A stretch of 64,000 bases of DNA from Vicugna vicugna (Eukaryota). The stretch lies in contig MU060767.1 in the NCBI GenBank assembly GCA_013265495.1, positions 5,133,546-5,197,545 on the forward strand, in the 5' to 3' direction. Of the stretch, positions 15,901 through 29,160 are shown in pieces; the stretch's first letter is position 1; each line of letters opens with the position of its first letter. The translations under genes were made by a program, and so were the position numbers. The notes beneath the pieces are model-generated. The model did not search any database, was not told the DNA's origin, and saw only the letters and a program-made list of their open reading frames with translations.

Positions 15901-18900
15901 GTGGAATACTCTGAGAGCAACGCACCGCTGTTCATCCGTGCAGTCAACTCTGTGGCCAGCACCACGGGTCAGAGACTGTCCCTCCCTCCCCCACTGTTCA
16001 GAGTCCTCTTTCCTACTTGTCCCCACATGACTGCTCTCCTTTCTGTGTGGCAGGTGCTCTTCCATGGGCCAATCTGGTGTCCATCCTGGAGGAGAAGAAT
16101 GGTGCGGACCCTGAGTTGTTGGTGTATACTGTCACCCTCATCAACAAGGTCGGGTGGCGGGAGCAAGGGGAGAACTAAGCACCAATTCTGAGCCCCTCAG
16201 GCTCCTGACTTCCTGTTCCCATCAGCTTTAGCCTTGCCCTTCTACCTCACCCTCTAGACTCTGGCAGCGCTCCCGGATCAGGACTCCTTCTACGACGTGA
16301 CAGATGCACTGGAGCAGCAGGGCATGGAGGCACTGGTCCAGCGCCACTTGGGCACCGCTGGCACAGATGTCGATCTGCGCGCGCAGCTTGTGCTCTACGA
16401 GGTGGGCTGGACTGGCTGGGGCCGGACTGCTGGCGAGAGGAGGGGAGGGAGGGGAACGGGTGCAGATCAGTGCCCCATCCCACCTACTTGGGCCTCAGCC
16501 GCTCCCATCTGGGCTCAACTCCGCTAGAATGCCCTGCGGTTGGAGGATGGAGACATGGAAGAAGCTTTCGCAGGTGGGCGGCGCACCACTCGCCGAAAGC
16601 CTTCTTCAGAGGAAGGCAAGAGAAGCCGACGATCTCTAGAAGTGCGCACCCCAGAGCCTGGGTAAGAGCTAAGGAGCCTTGGCAGATGGGAAGGAGCGGA
16701 TCTGCCAGGAGTAGCTCTGCCTCCTGACAGGCCACGCCTCCAGCTCCACAGGCCCCGCCTCACCGATCGTCTCCATCTCCTCTGCCGGCCCTGCCCTGCT
16801 GTCAGGTCCCGCCTCCAGCCTCATAGGCTCCGCCCCATCTACAGGCCCCGCCTCCAGTCCCGGGGGCCAGGCCTCTGGCCTGCATACCACCGTGAGCCTC
16901 TTTCCTACCATTTCCGTGGCGCCCTCATCCGACAGCTCCTGTGAGAGGAGTATCTACAAGTAAGCAGGGAGATAGAGGCTGTCCTGGGAGTTCTTTCTCC
17001 AACTGTCCCTCCGCTCTGCGCCCCTCCACGGGCCCTCCGCCTCCTCTGCCCAAACTTCTCTGCCCACACGCGTGCTTTCTCTCTCTTTCTTTCCAGACTT
17101 CACCAAACTGCTCCTGTTTGGTAAGTGACTGCTGGGGGGTGGGGTTCGGCTCCGACTGGACCTCCTCCTCCTGTGGCTTCTCTTCATCTCTTTCTGGCAT
17201 TCTGCCTGTCTTTGCCAATGTCATCTGTTTCCCTACCCACTTCTGTCTTTCTGTCTGTGTCTGTCTGTCTGTCTCTCTCTCTCGTTCTGATCTTCTACTG
17301 CACTCTGTCTTGTGTCATGTCAGTCTCTCCCCTCCACTTCCACTTTCCTCACGTCTAGCCTCCCTCATCACCTCCTCTTCCCACCGTGCCTGGGAAGGAA
17401 CCCCTGATATCACCACCTAGCTCTGTGTGGGTGTGAGCAACTGGGCTTTGGGGTGGACCAGGCACCACTATTGCCAACTCTTCCTCTCGTCCCCCCCACC
17501 CAGGGCCCCTGAGAACCCACCTGTCCCCCAGTCCCCCACTGGGCAGGCCAGGCTGGAGTAAGTACAGAGGCCAGCCTGCCAGGCCTGCCATGTGCTCAGG
17601 GCTTCAGCATTGCTTCCCCCAGCGGGGGTTATATGTGCCTGATGCAGCCAGAGCTGGGGGGCTCTCAGGCCCTGTTTCTCCCAGACTGATGCCTCCTTGG
17701 TTACCCAGGAGCACTGGGAAGCAGTTCACTGGGGCCACAGAGGTTCCTGTGCTTCAATGGTGACAACTTAACAGCTTTGGCCAGCGATGAGAATGTTGAC
17801 TCCCAACCTAGAGCTGATTCTCCTGTGTCCTCAGCCCAGGATTAGGGCTGGGAGGGAATCTAGGGTGCTGTGTGATGTGGAGGTGGAAGAGTAACTTCCA
17901 GCTAAGGGAATGATAAGGGACTGAGTGCCAACAGAGGCTGAAGAGGCCAAGAAGGAAACAGGATCACATTCATTGTTTTAACATAAACTGAGTGCCTGTT
18001 GCTTACCAGGCCCTTTTTGGGCATAGACCACAGCTCTCAGAAGCTGCCAGACATGCCAAGGGAGGAACAGCATGGTGTGCCCATTTGGACAGCTGTTCCC
18101 TTCCCCTGCTCTAAGTGTCCTTGTCTAGAATCAGAACAGCGAACATGAATAGCAGCACAGTTGCAGATTAAATGTGAAGTAGAACTTCTCCCCACATGTT
18201 GACCTGGGAATACTGGGTTGGTAGTGACCCTCCCCAGATGTGGAAGACTGAACATGGAGAGGCTGGCCTTGCAGGGCAGGTTCTGGGTCTGCTCAGCGCA
18301 TGGACTGTTCCCTGTGTGTCTGTGTGTGCCTGCAATTAGGGGCAGTGCCTAGGGGCCCAGCAAGGCATGTGCACCACCCTGGGCTGGGGTGTGTCAGACA
18401 CCCTCACTGACACGTGCCTTCCCCTAGAGCCCGGTTCCTGGAGAATGTAGCAGCAGCAGAAACAGAAAAGCAGGCTGCACTGGCCCAGGGCCGGGCAGAG
18501 ACACTGGCTGGAGCTATGCCCGAAGAGGTCGATGGGCACCGAGGTAAGTAGGTGGGTGGGCAGAATTCACCTAGGTTGCCCTGTTGCTCCGCAGAGGGCA
18601 TGACACTGACAGCTTCTTCCACTTTTCTAGACACCCTGGAACTACGGGGCTCCCCAGAACCAGCCCCTGCACCCAGAACACCCCAGAGTGCTGCCCCCCG
18701 AATCCTGCTCCGGGCCCAGCAGTGCCTTGAGCCAGAGCCCAAGGAGACTTTGGCCCCACCAAGTCCCAAGACTGAGCCCATTCAGGAACTCCGTACCCAT
18801 GTACCTAAGCTCTGCATTGGGGATCTGGACTTCTCAGATCTGGGGGAGGATGAAGACCAGGACATGCTGAATACAGAGTCTGTGGAGGCAGGGAAAGGGG

Positions 18901-21900
18901 TCCCACCCCCACCTCCCCTGATCTCTGGAGGCCCCCCACCTCCTAAAAAAAAAGCCCCTTCCCACCACCTCCACCCCCAGTTTCCCCTCTTCCTCCTTCA
19001 GCACCTGATGGCCTAGCCCTCCCCACCAAGAGAAAGACAGTTAAACTCTTCTGGCGGGAGCTAAAGTTGGCTGGGGTCCATGGAGGCTCTGGGAGCCGCT
19101 TTGGGCCCTGCCCTACCCTGTGGGCCTCACTGGAGCCTGTCTCAGTGGATACAGCCCGGCTAGAACACCTGTTTGAGTCTCGAGCCAAGGATGTGCTGCC
19201 TTCCAAGGTAATCACACCCTTATCCAGGGGAGAGGGGAGCAAATCAACTCAAGGGTCTGAGTGAGTGGGGCTGCCACTCATTTCCCACATGGGGAAACTG
19301 AGGCAAATAAAGGAGTAGGGGCTTGTCTGAGGTCCCTTAGTAAGGGATCAGCCCATCCCAAAGCCTTACACATCCCAGATCCCTGGTTGTGGAATGATCC
19401 CATTTGGCTACTGAGAATGGGGCCTTGGTTACCCTCTTAGATTGTTGCCATAGCTAGTCCCTTTCCCAGTCTTATACTGCCCTTCTCCCAACTTCAAAGA
19501 AAGCTGGTGAGGGCCGCCGCACAATGACCACAGTGCTGGACCCCAAGCGCAGCAACGCCATCAACATCGGCCTAACCACGCTGCCACCCGTGCACGTCAT
19601 TAAGGCTGCCCTGCTCAACTTTGATGAGTTTGCTGTCAGCAAGGATGGCATTGAGGTAGGGATAGCCAGCTAGGGGTGTGGGAAATCTGGCCCTTTCCTT
19701 TGGTCATTGGGCATTTCCTGTCCCTCCAGTGGTGGGCATGGGCTTAGCATTTCTGCAGAGCAATCCTCGGACTCTGGGACTCCCCCACATGACCTAGGGA
19801 GGAGTGAACACCAATACCTGAAGCCTCAGGCCAGTGCTGAGTGGCCTATATGGGGTGGCGGGTGCATTCTCAGAAGCTACTGACTATGATGCCAACGGAG
19901 GAGGAGCGGCAGAAGATCGAGGAGGCCCAGCTGGCCAATCCTGATATACCCCTGGGCCCAGCTGAGAATTTCCTGATGACTCTCGCCTCCATCGGGGGCC
20001 TGGCGGCTCGCCTACAACTCTGGGCCTTCAAGCTGGATTATGACAGCATGGAGCGGGTACCTGGGTCATGGGGTGGGACAGGCAGTGGGGACAGGAGAGC
20101 ATAATGACCATGTAGTCTGAGTCCCTGACCTCCCATACCAGGAAATTGCAGAGCCACTGTTTGACCTGAAGGTGGGAATGGAACAGCTGGTCCAAAATGC
20201 CACCTTCCGCTGCATCCTGGCCACTCTGCTGGCTGTGGGCAACTTCCTCAATGGCTCCCAGGTGAGTGAGAGCATATAAGGGCAGGGGCTGGGGCTCTGG
20301 AGCCAACCAGGCCCAGGCTCAGATAGGGTCCTTTCAGAGCAGCGGCTTTGAGCTGAGCTACCTGGAGAAGGTGTCAGAGGTGAAGGACACGGTGCGCCGA
20401 CAGTCACTGCTGCACCATCTCTGCTCCCTGGTGCTCCAGACCCGGCCTGATTCCTCCGACTTCTACTCAGAAATTCCTGCCCTGACGCGCTGTGCCAAGG
20501 TCAGCACCTGCCAGAGGTTTGACTATAACCGGCCATGGCATGAGGGAGCACTGCTTCTCCCTAAGTGGACTGCCGTTCCAGTGCTTGCTCAGGATACAGG
20601 TGTTCATGTGGGCTGTGTCCTCTGCCGTACATACTCTTTTCTCTATTGGCCTGGCTACCCCTACTCAGTCTTTGGTCCTGTTTAGCTGCCACTTATCCCA
20701 AGAAACTTCTGTTACCCACTGCATCAGATGGACTTGTCTGTCTCCTGCAATAGACTGTGAGCTTTTGGAGGACAGGGGCCAGATCTTGGCTGTCTGTGTC
20801 CTCAGGACCCAGGCTGCCAGCCTGGCACAGAGGCAGTCTCAGGCAGTGTCCTTCTGTAGGGGAACAACATGTGTACCCTCTTCTTTTCCAGGTGGACTTT
20901 GAGCAGCTGACTGAGAACCTGGGGCAACTGGAGCACCGGTGTTGGGCAGCCGAGGAGAGCCTGCGGAACTTGGCCAAGCACGAGCTGGCTCCAGCCCTGC
21001 GTGCCCGCCTCACCCACTTCCTGGCCCAGTGCACCCGCCGTGTTGCCATGCTGAGGGTCGTGCACCGCCGTGTCTACAACAGGTGAGGTGTGGGCCAGAG
21101 AGAGAAGGGACTGCCACCACCATCCCTCAAACTCCAGGCAAGACTCACCATCCCTCCCCACCCCAACCTGCTTAGGTTCCATGCCTTCCTCCTGTACCTG
21201 GGGTACACGGCAGAGGCAGCCCGTGAGGTGCGCATCATGCAGTTCTGCCACACACTGCGGGAGTTCGCGCTGGAGTATCGGACTTGCCGGGACCGGGTGC
21301 TGCAGCAGCAGCAGAAGCGCGCCACGTATCGTGAGCGCAACAAGACCCGGGGACGCATGATCACCGAGGTGGGTGTCCCTTCCAGGTCTTGACTGATATC
21401 CCCACGGTTTTTTTCCCTCTACTCCCAACTCACCCTTTTCGCTTCTTCAGACAGAAAAGTTCTCAGGTGTGGCTGGGGAAACCCCCAGCAATTCATCTGT
21501 CCCAGTGGCTGTGAGCAGTGGGCCAGGACGGGGTGATGCTGATAGTCATGCCAGCATGAAGAGTCTGCTGACCAGCAAGCCTGAAGACACCACACATGGC
21601 CGCCGCAGCAGAGGTGGGACCTGGGGGCCACTGGGGGCAATGAGCTGGGGCCACCCTGGGCTGACCTCCCTATCTGGCTCCCTCAGGCATGGTCCAGAGC
21701 AGCTCCCCAGTCATGGCTACAGCAGTGGGGCCCTCCACTGTGCCCCAAGAAGAATCTCTGGGCTCCAGTTTACCAAGTGACACTTCAGATGAGATCATGG
21801 ACTTGCTGGTGCAGTCAGTGACCAAGAGCAATCCTCGTGCCTTAGCTTCTCGAGAACGCAAGCGTTCCCGTGGCAACCGCAAGTCTTGTGAGTATTCCCC

Positions 21901-22042
21901 GCATGCCCACTGCCTGCCTTAACCCCATCACTCCCTCCAACCCTGCTCTGTCCTTGCAGTGAGAAGGACGTTGAAGAGTGGGCTTGGAGAAGATCTGGTA
22001 CAGGCACTGGGACTGAGCAAGGGTCCTGGCCTCGAAGTGTGA
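6962..22042 (+). CDS. FHOD1: FH1/FH2 domain-containing formin FHOD1 (about 1162 aa if one base is added at the A9 run)
   Basis: Exons 6962-7162, 14294-14400, 14792-14856, 15175-15242, 15315-15420, 15497-15591, 15856-15967, 16054-16148, 16258-16401, 16528-16661, 16744-16959, [alt 17097-17120, 17504-17557], 18428-18543, 18631-19207, 19500-19655, 19874-20056, 20142-20261, 20338-20499, 20892-21082, 21176-21368, 21451-21613, 21687-21887, 21960-22042. Starts [13 protein letters not shown]; GBD/FH3, FH1, FH2 (KRKTVKLFW...GNFLNGSQ) and DAD ([19 protein letters not shown]); ends KGPGLEV-TGA. One frameshift at 18945-18953. Confidence 0.95.
8490..8627. repeat. Perfect tandem repeat, 3 x 46 bp
   Basis: Unit TACTGAAATAAACCTGGAGCACTACAGAGAATATAGTTTTTCTCCC starts at 8490, 8536 and 8582. 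Confidence 0.97.
11140..11347 (+). mobile_element. L1 3' end fragment (L1MA-like)
   Basis: ...TCACTATGTTGCATACCTGAAACTTACATAATATTGTAAATCAACTATACCTTAATAAAAATAAATAAAT, a typical L1 3' UTR terminus with A-rich tail. Confidence 0.8.
12334..12457 (-). mobile_element. Short tRNA-derived SINE (camelid-like) inserted into an L2 3' end
   Basis: A box (TAGCACAGTGG) and B box (GGTTCCATCC) on the minus strand; (AAAT)n tail; TSD CATGAATGTTT at 12323-12333 and 12458-12468. Confidence 0.85.
13790..14150 (-). mobile_element. L2 3' fragment
   Basis: CATTCATGTTCATT...CTTACTGTGTGCC followed by purine-rich L2-like sequence. Confidence 0.55.
17097..17557 (+). CDS. FHOD1: FHOD1 alternative cassette exons: 24-nt microexon (17097-17120) and 54-nt exon (17504-17557)
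   Basis: ttccag|ACTTCACCAAACTGCTCCTGTTTG|gtaagt and cccag|GGCCCCTGAG...AGGCTGGA|gtaagt. Both phase 2-2; together 78 nt encoding [26 protein letters not shown], matching my recollection of the known 78-bp FHOD1 splice insert. Confidence 0.85.
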
Positions 22043-22244
22043 AGGCCCTGCCTGCAGGACATGTACTAGGCCCCAGCCTGCAATGCAGGAGACTACACTG
22101 AAGAGGGACCAGAGGAGATTCTGGGCCTTTTCTCAAGGGCCACTCTGTGTTCCAGTGGCCAGCGCCGTGAGCAGTATTAGCTATGTGTGCCTGTGTGAGT
22201 GTGTGTGTGTGTGCATGTATGAGCTCCCTGGATGCATGGAGCAT

Positions 22245-22250
22245 AATAAA
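22245..22250 (+). terminator. FHOD1 polyadenylation signal
   Basis: AATAAA about 200 nt after the stop codon. Confidence 0.75.
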
Positions 22251-22391
22251 GTTTTCCTAGCCAATTCAAGAGCCTTTTTCTTCAAGGTACCCACCACGCT
22301 GGGTCTGTAGCAGAAGGAAAATACCAAGAACTGGCTCTCCCCACCTCTCTCTCATTATCACCCACACAGCCATTAGCCACATTCTGAGCCA

Positions 22392-22397
22392 TTTATT
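22392..22397 (-). terminator. TMEM208 polyadenylation signal
   Basis: TTTATT on + strand, about 125 nt after the stop codon. Confidence 0.75.
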
Positions 22398-22415
22398 CAA
22401 CAATCCTATACTTTA

Positions 22416-24451
<2,036 letters not shown>

Positions 24452-24673
24452 AATGCAACTCAAATACCCAGCCGAGGAAAGAAGGGAGAGCGATCGAAAC
24501 TGCAGTCAGTAGGTACCACATAGGCAGCACAGACACTTCCGGTGCAGACCCAAATCGTCAGCAACTGGGACGGAAATGAGGGGTCCACTTCCTTCCCAAG
24601 CTCCGCCTACCAGAATCGGTGGGACTACACTTCCCAGAAAGCTTTGCGCGGGGGCGGAGGCGGCAGGGATGCG
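24452..24673. promoter_or_regulatory. Compact bidirectional promoter TMEM208/LRRC29
   Basis: 222 bp between the ATGs; ETS/GABPA motif ACTTCCGG at about 24535-24542; ZNF143-type ACTACACTTCCCAGAAAGC at 24624-24642; both start codons sit in ATGGCGG (YY1-like core). Confidence 0.85.
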
Positions 24674-24899
24674 ATGGCGGAGTCGCTGCCCCTGGAGGTG
24701 AGAGGAGGTCGCCCTCAGGCCTAGCTCGGGACAGGCCCAACCTCGGGGTCCCGGGCTGTGGGGAGGGGCTGCCAGACAGCTCGCCCGGCCTCGCCCATCT
24801 GGCGGAAACCACCCGCCCGGGAGACCCCAGGACCTGCAGGCTATGGGTAATGGCCCCACTTTTGGGCCACTCCATCCCCTTAGCTTGGGGGACCATCCT

Positions 24900-25620
24900 C
24901 TCCTTCCCCATTGGCCCCAAGAGATGGCTGCTCTGTCACCTCAGCGAGAACAGGGCCTCTGCCTAGCCCCCTTCTCTTGAGATGGCCGCCCCTCCCCCTC
25001 AGTTCTGGAAGATGTCCGCTCCATCCCATCATCTCCGCAGGGTAACCGATCTTACCCCTACTGGCCCCTTGGGATGGTCGTTCCATTCCTTCCCCGAGAG
25101 AGGCTGCCCCCTCCCCTGGCGGTGGGAGACAGCCCCCTCCCATCAACTCCAGGCATGATCTCTGGGTTCCTTCACCAAAGACAAGCCTGCTCTTCATTCC
25201 CTTGGCCCCTGATGATGGGGTCTACCACCTTATCTCCCATGGGGTGCTTGCTCCCTCTCCTTAGCCTGGGGCAAGACCACTCTGCCACCATTGGCCAGAG
25301 AGAGATAACAGGTTTTGTCCCCAGTGGCCTTTTGAGATGGCCTCTCCATCCCTTTTGCCCAGAGTTGGCAGCCCTCTCCCACTGCCCATGGGAGACAGGT
25401 CACCCTTTCCCTATTGGCTCTTGGAATGGTGCTCCTTCCCTTTAGCAAAAACAGCACTGCTGCCACCTGGGTGAACCCCCTGCAATGGCATCCTTTCCCT
25501 CTTTGGTCCCAGAGGATATCTGTTCCATCCTCATAGATCTCAGAGATGACCAGTCATATCTCCAATAGCTCTTTGGGATGCGGTTCATGGGATGGCCGCT
25601 CCATCTTCATCACTGCCTGT
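24900..25620. repeat. Highly degenerate ~30-bp tandem array
   Basis: Recurrent TTGGCCCCnnGAGATGGCYnCTCCATCCC-like unit at about 24909, 24969, 25002, 25058, 25089, 25115, 25201, 25289, 25322, 25353, 25381, 25412, 25502, 25531 and 25585. Confidence 0.55.
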
Positions 25621-26439
25621 TCTGGTCCTCTAGAAAGGCCTCCCCACTTCTCAGCTCAAAGAATCATGTTTTCTTCCCTCAGTGAGGACAGGTTTATACC
25701 CTCCCTTTGCTCCTTTGGTTAGCTGCTGAGCCCCAGAAGACAGAATGGCCACTATCTTATCTCTGCTCAGACAGGTTTTCCTACCTTCCCCTGGGGATAG
25801 AGGCTTGGTCAGTCTCAGTCGCCATCTGTGTTCTCTTCCCCATGCCTAGCCTCCCTGGTCCAGAGGCTGTTCTCCTCAGTCATTCTCCTCTCAGTAATGA
25901 TCTTCTTTATCTTCTGACTACTTCCTTGTGCAAAGCTTTGGTGAAAATAGAAATAGAGGACTTTGGTGAAAGTAGAGCTAAAGGACTGTCCATCATTAAT
26001 TCAATCCAGTAAGTATTGGCTGAGTACCTTCTGTGTACTAGGGATCAGAGAAGGGAAGAAGAGATGAGAATGGACTGGTGAGGTCAAGATTAAAGAAAGG
26101 CATTCCAGGAAAAAGATCCACATAGGCAAAAGGAAACAGACATGCTGTGTTTGTAGGACAGTGAGGAGACTGGCTTGTGGAAGCTCTGGGATCGAGGGTA
26201 CAATCAGACATGGAGACCTGGCAGTGCTGACCTGAGAGCAAAGATTTTGTCTTGAGGGTACTGGGGAACCCTAATGGTTTTCATTAGGAGTGCACTGAGA
26301 CTGAAAGCTGTCTTTTAGGAAAATTAACCATGTTGCAGTGTGCAGAATGGTTAGTAAGGTTGAGCCTGGAGGCAGGGAGATTGTGGAAAGAATTCAGGTC
26401 TGGGGTGATGAAGATATGGGCTACTAAGTGGTAAGGTTT

Positions 26440-27560
26440 CAAAGGTAGAAATATTATTAACAGCAACCTAGCAACCACTTACAGAACATCTACGTGTCAA
26501 GCATATCATATCTATTAAATATATACATATATATCATATCTATTACATATATATTATATTATATACAATATAATATATATACACACATTTTACAGGTGTG
26601 CAAACTGATGTTCAAAGTGGTCAGGTACCCTGTCTGAGGTCACACAGGTCACACAGCTGGGAAGTAGTGGAGCTGAGATTTGAATGAGTCTAAGTTAGCC
26701 TGGCCTAAAGCCTATGCCTTACACCTGCATCTGAGAGCAAGGGACAGAATTTTTAGGTGAGATGCACTGTTGGCACTGAAGCTCAGGGGCTGGAAAGCTG
26801 GGAGGAGGGGCTGCTTTGGACTGAGGTTGAAATGAAGGTGATGGTAAAACATTTGGATGAAGGATCCTGTGGACAGTTGGCAAATACTAGACTAGCACAT
26901 GTATGATAAAACAATATGGCGATATTGAATTGTTGGTTATTTCTACAGAGGTAACTGTTAAAGCCATGCAAATGAATTTACTGTCCTAGAAAGTAAACAG
27001 ATTGAAAAATCCAGGTTTGAGCCCTGGGAGCCACAGAAGAATCCAGAAACAGGGTAAATGGAGGGGTGAGTCTAACCCTAGAAAACACAGTGACACAGGC
27101 ATCAAGGAGGGAAGATTCCAGAAAAAAAACATAGTTAATATCAGATCATTCCTGGTCTCACAGGGCAACTCCATTCCCTAGTCCCTACTAGGGCCTCCAA
27201 CCCCCATCCACCCCCAGTCTCATGGAGCTTAGGTGGAGTGAGGGCCAGAGCCTCCCAGACTGGGTTTGGCTGAGATCATATCTTAACAGCCAGCTGAGAA
27301 GGTGAGTTGGCAGTGAAGAAGGTGGGAAAAGAGTACAGTCCCATTGTAGCTTCCTAAAGATCACAGAAGGAGCACCTGACTTACTATGTTCTAGATCCTA
27401 CTCAAGACACTCTACCATGTTATTTAATTGTCAGAATAACCCATTTAAACCTCACTACAATTGCCATTTTACAGACAAGGAAAACAAGGCTCAGAGAGGT
27501 CAGTTGACAGAATAAGGATTTGAACTAGGTTTACCTGGTCCCAATGCCCAGGCTGTTTTT
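26440..27560 (-). mobile_element. MIR fragments (about 26440-26720, interrupted by an AT-rich microsatellite, and 27395-27560) with intervening L2
   Basis: CATTTTACAG...GAGGTCACACAG...GGATTTGAACTAGG motifs; boundaries approximate. Confidence 0.6.
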
Positions 27561-28927
27561 ATATCATATTGAGCAGGAGGTTTTATTTTTATCAGTCAGT
27601 ACAAGCCTGCATCCAGACAGTGCTCAGGAAAGATTTCACCTAGAGGCTAGAGAGGGGAAGTGAAGACTCCATGAAGCTTAGGATCCAAGATGAACTAGAA
27701 GCCAGTGCTCTTAACCCCTCTGACCTACTGTGTTATCAGCTGGAGAAGGTTCCACAGGCCCCCAGCTCTAACAGCCCCCAATGCCCTGTCTTTTTCCCTC
27801 AGATACTCACATATATTCTGAGCTTCCTGCCTCTGTCAGATCAGAAAGAGGCCTCCCTCGTGAGTCAGGCCTGGTACTGTGCAGCCCAGAATGCCCTTCG
27901 GGAGGTAAGGCGCCCACCCTCACTTGGCCCATTCTCAGTTGTCTCACTTCAGCTTGCTCATGACCCTGCTCATACGTCATCCATCCATTCATCCTTGTGT
28001 ATATATTCATATATACTTGGCTCTGGGTACAGTTCTGGGACTCTACAGATGAATAAAACATATCCTTTCCTCTGAGGAGCTCATAGTCCAGTGCAGAAAG
28101 ATACATATGTGAGTGATCATACATCGTGTGCTCAATGCTGACACTGGAATGAAGGGTGCAGTGGGGACATTTGGAAGAAGAACATCGGAAGGAGACTGGC
28201 AGCACCAGGGAAGGCTTCCTGAAGGCACAGGATGAGGGAAAAGGTTGGTCTTCCAGGACTAATAACAGCACAGGTGAAGGGACTAAGGTGTAAAATAGTT
28301 CTGGAAACAACCAGCCAAGTTCCCTATGACTAGAACTTAGATGTGCGTGGGAGAAGTGCCAGGAGAAAGAGGTCAGATAGCAAGTTGGCAGATGTGCCCC
28401 GCCAGCAGCATTGCTGGGGCTTTCTCCTGATTCCCATCATGGGGCCTTTAAAGGAATGTTACCATGGAGAGTGCCATGGGGTCATTTGTGTCTTAGAACT
28501 CGATCTTCAGTGCAGTGTGGACTGGAGAGGGCAAGTCGGAGCTTAGGGAGACAGCCCACTAGAAGGTGAATGACAGCTGAGCTGCTCTGAAAGGTGAGCA
28601 GTGATGGCTCTTTAATTTTGACTTTGATTATAACTGAGGTTGAACAGTTTTCTCATTAGCCTACCATTTATATTTCCCTCTTTTGTTTATTTGTGTTCTT
28701 TGTCCATTTATCTATTGGGGTCTTAGTATTTTTCTTATCCATTTGTATGAAATTTTTATACATTAAAGAGATTAATTTCTTTTACCTATTTATTGAAATA
28801 CAGTCCCAGTATGTTTGCCTTTTAATTTGATTTGTAGCTATCTGTTTGTTTATGAGATTCAGAGGTTAAATTGCTAGGTTGTTGATTCTGAACATCCTTT
28901 TCTTTCTAATTTCTTCCATTGCTTTTT

Positions 28928-29040
28928 TTTTTTTTTGGTAGGGGGTAAATAATTAGATTTATTTATTTAATGGAGGTGCTGGGGTTGAACCCAGGACATC
29001 ATGCTAGGCATGTGATCTACCACTGAGCTATCCCCTCCGG
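28928..29040 (-). mobile_element. Short tRNA-derived SINE
   Basis: TAGCTCAGTGG and GGTTCAACCC boxes; poly-A tail; TSD TTCTTCCA(T/C)TGCTTTTT at about 28911 and 29041, at a TT/AAAA site. Confidence 0.85.
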
Positions 29041-29094
29041 TTCTTCCACTGCTTTTTAACTTAGAGATCCCTTGTCTCTTCAGAGATCTGATAA

Positions 29095-29103
29095 ATATAT
29101 ATG

Positions 29104-29155
<52 letters not shown>

Positions 29156-29160
29156 CACAT
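29095..29160. repeat. Compound (AT)n(GT)n(AT)n microsatellite
   Basis: Read directly from the sequence. Confidence 0.9.

Noticed and set aside
17709-17845. Possible extra FHOD1 exon ([20 protein letters not shown]...)
   Set aside because: The phase-compatible frame after the AG hits TGA, the open frame ends in TAG with no good donor, and there is no similarity to FHOD3 inserts that I can recognise.
20802-21428. 208-aa antisense ORF over FHOD1 FH2 exons; similar shadows over EXOC3L1 (55520-56194) and ELMO3 (42140-42796)
   Set aside because: Antisense shadows of GC-rich coding sequence with few stop complements; no independent evidence.
28060-28068. ATATCCTTT, a perfect U12 donor motif in LRRC29 intron 2
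   Set aside because: Lies in an L2 remnant with no adjacent exon or matching branch box and AC acceptor; chance match.
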